Shown here piece after piece: positions 61,353 to 64,000 of a stretch of 64,000 nucleotides of DNA; position 1 is the first letter of the stretch; every line of letters starts with the position of its first letter. The notes under the pieces are model-generated. The model was not told where the DNA came from and searched no databases. It worked only from the letters and a program-made list of their open reading frames with translations. The translations under genes were made by a program, and so were the position numbers. The stretch comes from Bilabrum cf. latius (lineage: Eukaryota). Where the stretch lies: positions 1,302,001 through 1,366,000 of the forward strand of contig OZ237737.1 in assembly GCA_965178125.1 (NCBI GenBank). The letters are read 5' to 3'.

Positions 61353-63944
61353 TTGTTAACGGAAGCGGTGCACTACTTTTATCTCTCCGGTTTATATTTT
61401 AGTAGCACAGAAGCACTCAAGTTGGAAGAGAGGCAATCCTGGGGCGCTTTGGGCCAGAAGGCGGTGCCTTCATCAGGTGTTTGGAAGCGGTCGCAAAGAA
61501 ATGTAAGCCTGTCACCAGCGGGAACGATGCAGAAATCTTCACCTCGTAAATGTATTTTATGTGTACCAAGTCTTGCAATTTTGGACCCCGCAGATGCCGA
61601 CGATGCCACCGCGAGCCAAGTTACAACGGATATCGCGAAAATCGCCGCAAAGGTGGGCTTGCTTCACGCTGAAAAGAGACTGAGACGAAAGCAGCTTCGC
61701 GAGTTGGCGAAACTAGCTGTAGATCTTGCACACGAGTTGTTGCTGGGACTATCGAAACGTCCTGGGTCTATCGACGGCAGCAGCATGGTGCGCGCCTTCG
61801 GGCTGGTTGCAGATGAGGTCGAGCGAGTGCTAACGCCGCTGATGCAAGAGCACAACTGGCGGAAGGCTAGTGGGCTCGTAAGATTCTATGGTGACCCCAA
61901 CGTGGTAAAGGCGGTGGCAAATGAGCCCCGCTTCGGAGAGGACCGGCAGATGCTGCGCGACTTCCTGCAGCACGCGCTGAGCCGCTCGGGGAAGTACGTG
62001 CCGTTCCAGGAATGCTCCGTGCCCGGATGCAAGCTGCCTCGCTGCAATCTGCCTGGCTCAACTTACTGCGAGGGCCACCATGCCGTCCGATTCCAGGAGC
62101 CCCCAACACTGGAGGACTTTTTGCGCAACGACGTGTACAGGTCAGTATTCCGTGAGTACTGCCAGTCGGCCCGCCCCGAGATGCAGGACGTGCTGGGCTT
62201 CATGGAGAGAGCTAAGGACGTGTCACAGCTGCGGGCCAAGCATGTCCTCGCGGAGAGAGCGAGGGTGGTGTTCGACCAGTACGTGCGCGAAGGGGCTGAC
62301 AAGCAGCTTTTCTTTTTATCCGACGTGGACCCGAGGGAGGGGTCGGGCAGGGGGGCCGCAGCGATCGGATCAAGGTCTCGGCTGGATTCGGCCAACACGG
62401 TCGGCGGGGAGAGCACAGCGGACATGGCAAGGGAGGCAAGCGGCTTTTCTCTGCGGTCCGCGGGCGGCATCGAGGATTCGGTTCTCGTTCCGGGTGCAGG
62501 AGGGGACTCCTGTGGAGAGGTTGCGCAGTCTGGCGTGTGCGCTCCTGCACTGCCATCGTCCCGAGTGACTGCAAGTGGAGAGGACGGCGAGGCCCCTGCG
62601 GGGCTAGAGGCTCGAGCCAGAGGCGGATCTACCACAACCGCAGCAGAGGCGACACCGCCAGCAGGACCCGTTGTTGATGCCGGCGCTAGCGCACACGTTG
62701 GCGCTGGGATGGGGCCCCTCTCTGTGCCGGGTCCCATGGCACCCAGCAACGGATTAACATCGGGAACTCTGCATGCTGGCTTGCAGCGATCTCGTGGCGG
62801 CATGAATCTGCTGGCAGCAGCTCCCTCGTCGGAGTCGAAGGAGGACCCCACTGGCGGTGGCACCGAGTCGAAGCTGTTTCCGTCCGGTGCAGGCGCGCCT
62901 CCGTCACCGACAGTGACAGATGCCCCGCCGACTAGCGAAGCCGGTGTTGCTCCTAGCAATGGGCACGCTTCCACAAGGGGTCCAGGCCAAGCGTCTCCGC
63001 CATCCGGATCACCACCCCGGATCCGCGGTGCCAGCGCCAGGGCCAGGGCTAGTGCCAGGGCTGGGGCGGGTGCCGGGGCGCTGGCTGCTGCAGCCTCGGC
63101 GGCGTCTCCGGGACGGGGGCCATCCTTGGCGCACCGGGCCGACTCCACGGCATCAACGCGGTCCAAACAAGGCGGTGGCGGTGACTTTGCCCGGTTCTGT
63201 GCCAGGCGAGATGCCGAGGAGTACGAGGCAACTCGCGTGAGGCTTGCGGGGATTTTGAGGTACCTGTACCGGGTGCTGAGCGACGATTTCGACGAGGAGG
63301 AATAGGAATAGGCGGGAGCTGCTGGAGCAGATGCTGTTCCTGCTGCCGGGGGTGATGGTGGCAGCGACGGCCCCGCCGCGAGTGGGGCTGGTGCAAGCAG
63401 TTCGTCCTTGCGCCCGCCGCCGTAGACGCGGAGGAAGGGCGCTGTCAGGTCCACAGTGTTTAAGGGCCTCGTTAGGGAGTGCAGGTGGCACCTGCACCGA
63501 GTGTTCGAGGGCGAGTTCAAGTTCAGCCAGCAGTACGCAGCGTGGGCTGACGTGAACCTCGGGCTGGAGGTGCCCGAGGTAACCGCTGGCCGCGCTGCCA
63601 TTCTGAAAGCCGCTGGGGTGTCTATCGGCGAGGCCATGGGGGTGAGGAGGGTTTCTTCGGGCGAAAATGGGGGTGCTGGACCCGCGTCTGGGTCTGGTGC
63701 AGGGACGGGTGCTGGGTCTGCGTCTGGGTCTGGGTCTTCTGCTGCAAGCACCATGTCATCGGAGGCTGGTGTTGGCGTTAGTAGGGCTGGAACCGGCATG
63801 TCACCGGTGTCCACGCCAGATTCAGAAGCGTACCAGGCTGGTTTGGAAGCGCTGGCAGCTAGCCCTGAAGACGAGAGCAGCGCCGGCGACGGGGCGTCCT
63901 CTGCGGCTGCGGGTGGCGCGGCTTCAGGTGGATTGAACATTTGA
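61353..63944 (+). CDS. RGS-domain protein; 5' end uncertain, probably spliced
   Basis: LEDFLRNDVYRSVFREYC...VLGFMERA...ARVVFDQYVREGADKQL, then a long Ala/Gly/Ser insert, then VFKGLVRECRWHLHRVFEGEFKFSQQY. TAGs at 63303, 63309 and 63423; ends TGA. A Cys/His cluster (CSVPGC...C...CEGHH) precedes the domain. Confidence 0.7.
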
Positions 63945-64000
63945 ACTTGCACAAGACCGGCAGCTTTCGCAGTGCTTGCAGATTAGAATTCTTGCCAACA

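Noticed and set aside
1-63944. A cluster of pseudogenes, or C-to-T sequencing damage, explaining the internal stops
   Set aside because: The interruptions are exclusively TAG with no frameshifts. Decay or deamination would also create TAA and TGA from CAA and CGA, and housekeeping motifs are intact.
1-63944. TAG read as Trp (A-to-I editing), Leu, Glu or pyrrolysine
   Set aside because: Informative positions align with Gln/CAG and no pyl genes are seen in this eukaryotic window. U-to-C mRNA editing cannot be excluded without RNA data but is less parsimonious.

Overview
GC-rich, very gene-dense eukaryotic nuclear DNA with a few GT-AG introns. Proteins are inflated by Ala/Gly/Ser-rich insertions, a style that suggests a heterotrophic protist such as a Cafeteria-like bicosoecid (inference only). 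The key observation is that the standard-code ORF track fragments almost every gene at in-frame TAG codons. More than 70 in-frame TAGs occur across 16 genes, and the same frame resumes directly after each one. I found no in-frame TAA or TGA inside these frames, and the genes end in TGA (15) or TAA (1). TAG sits opposite CAG (Gln) three times in a tandem paralogue pair and at conserved-Gln positions of PAN2, an RCC1 repeat and a channel pore helix. This points to a nuclear code with UAG=Gln while UAA and UGA remain stops. Read that way, the window holds: an FH2 formin, PAN2, a solitary 5S rRNA gene, a degenerate kinesin-like protein, a 15-finger minisatellite C2H2 protein, a two-RRM protein, coproporphyrinogen III oxidase, a ~2,850-aa RCC1/IPT protein, a JMJD8-like protein, a ~3,680-aa LRR protein, a CCaMK-like kinase, a secreted PAN/beta-helix protein, a long-chain acyl-CoA synthetase, a kinesin, two tandem single-domain BacNav-like channels with an EF-hand, and an RGS protein. 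All calls are from manual reading; no database searches were run.
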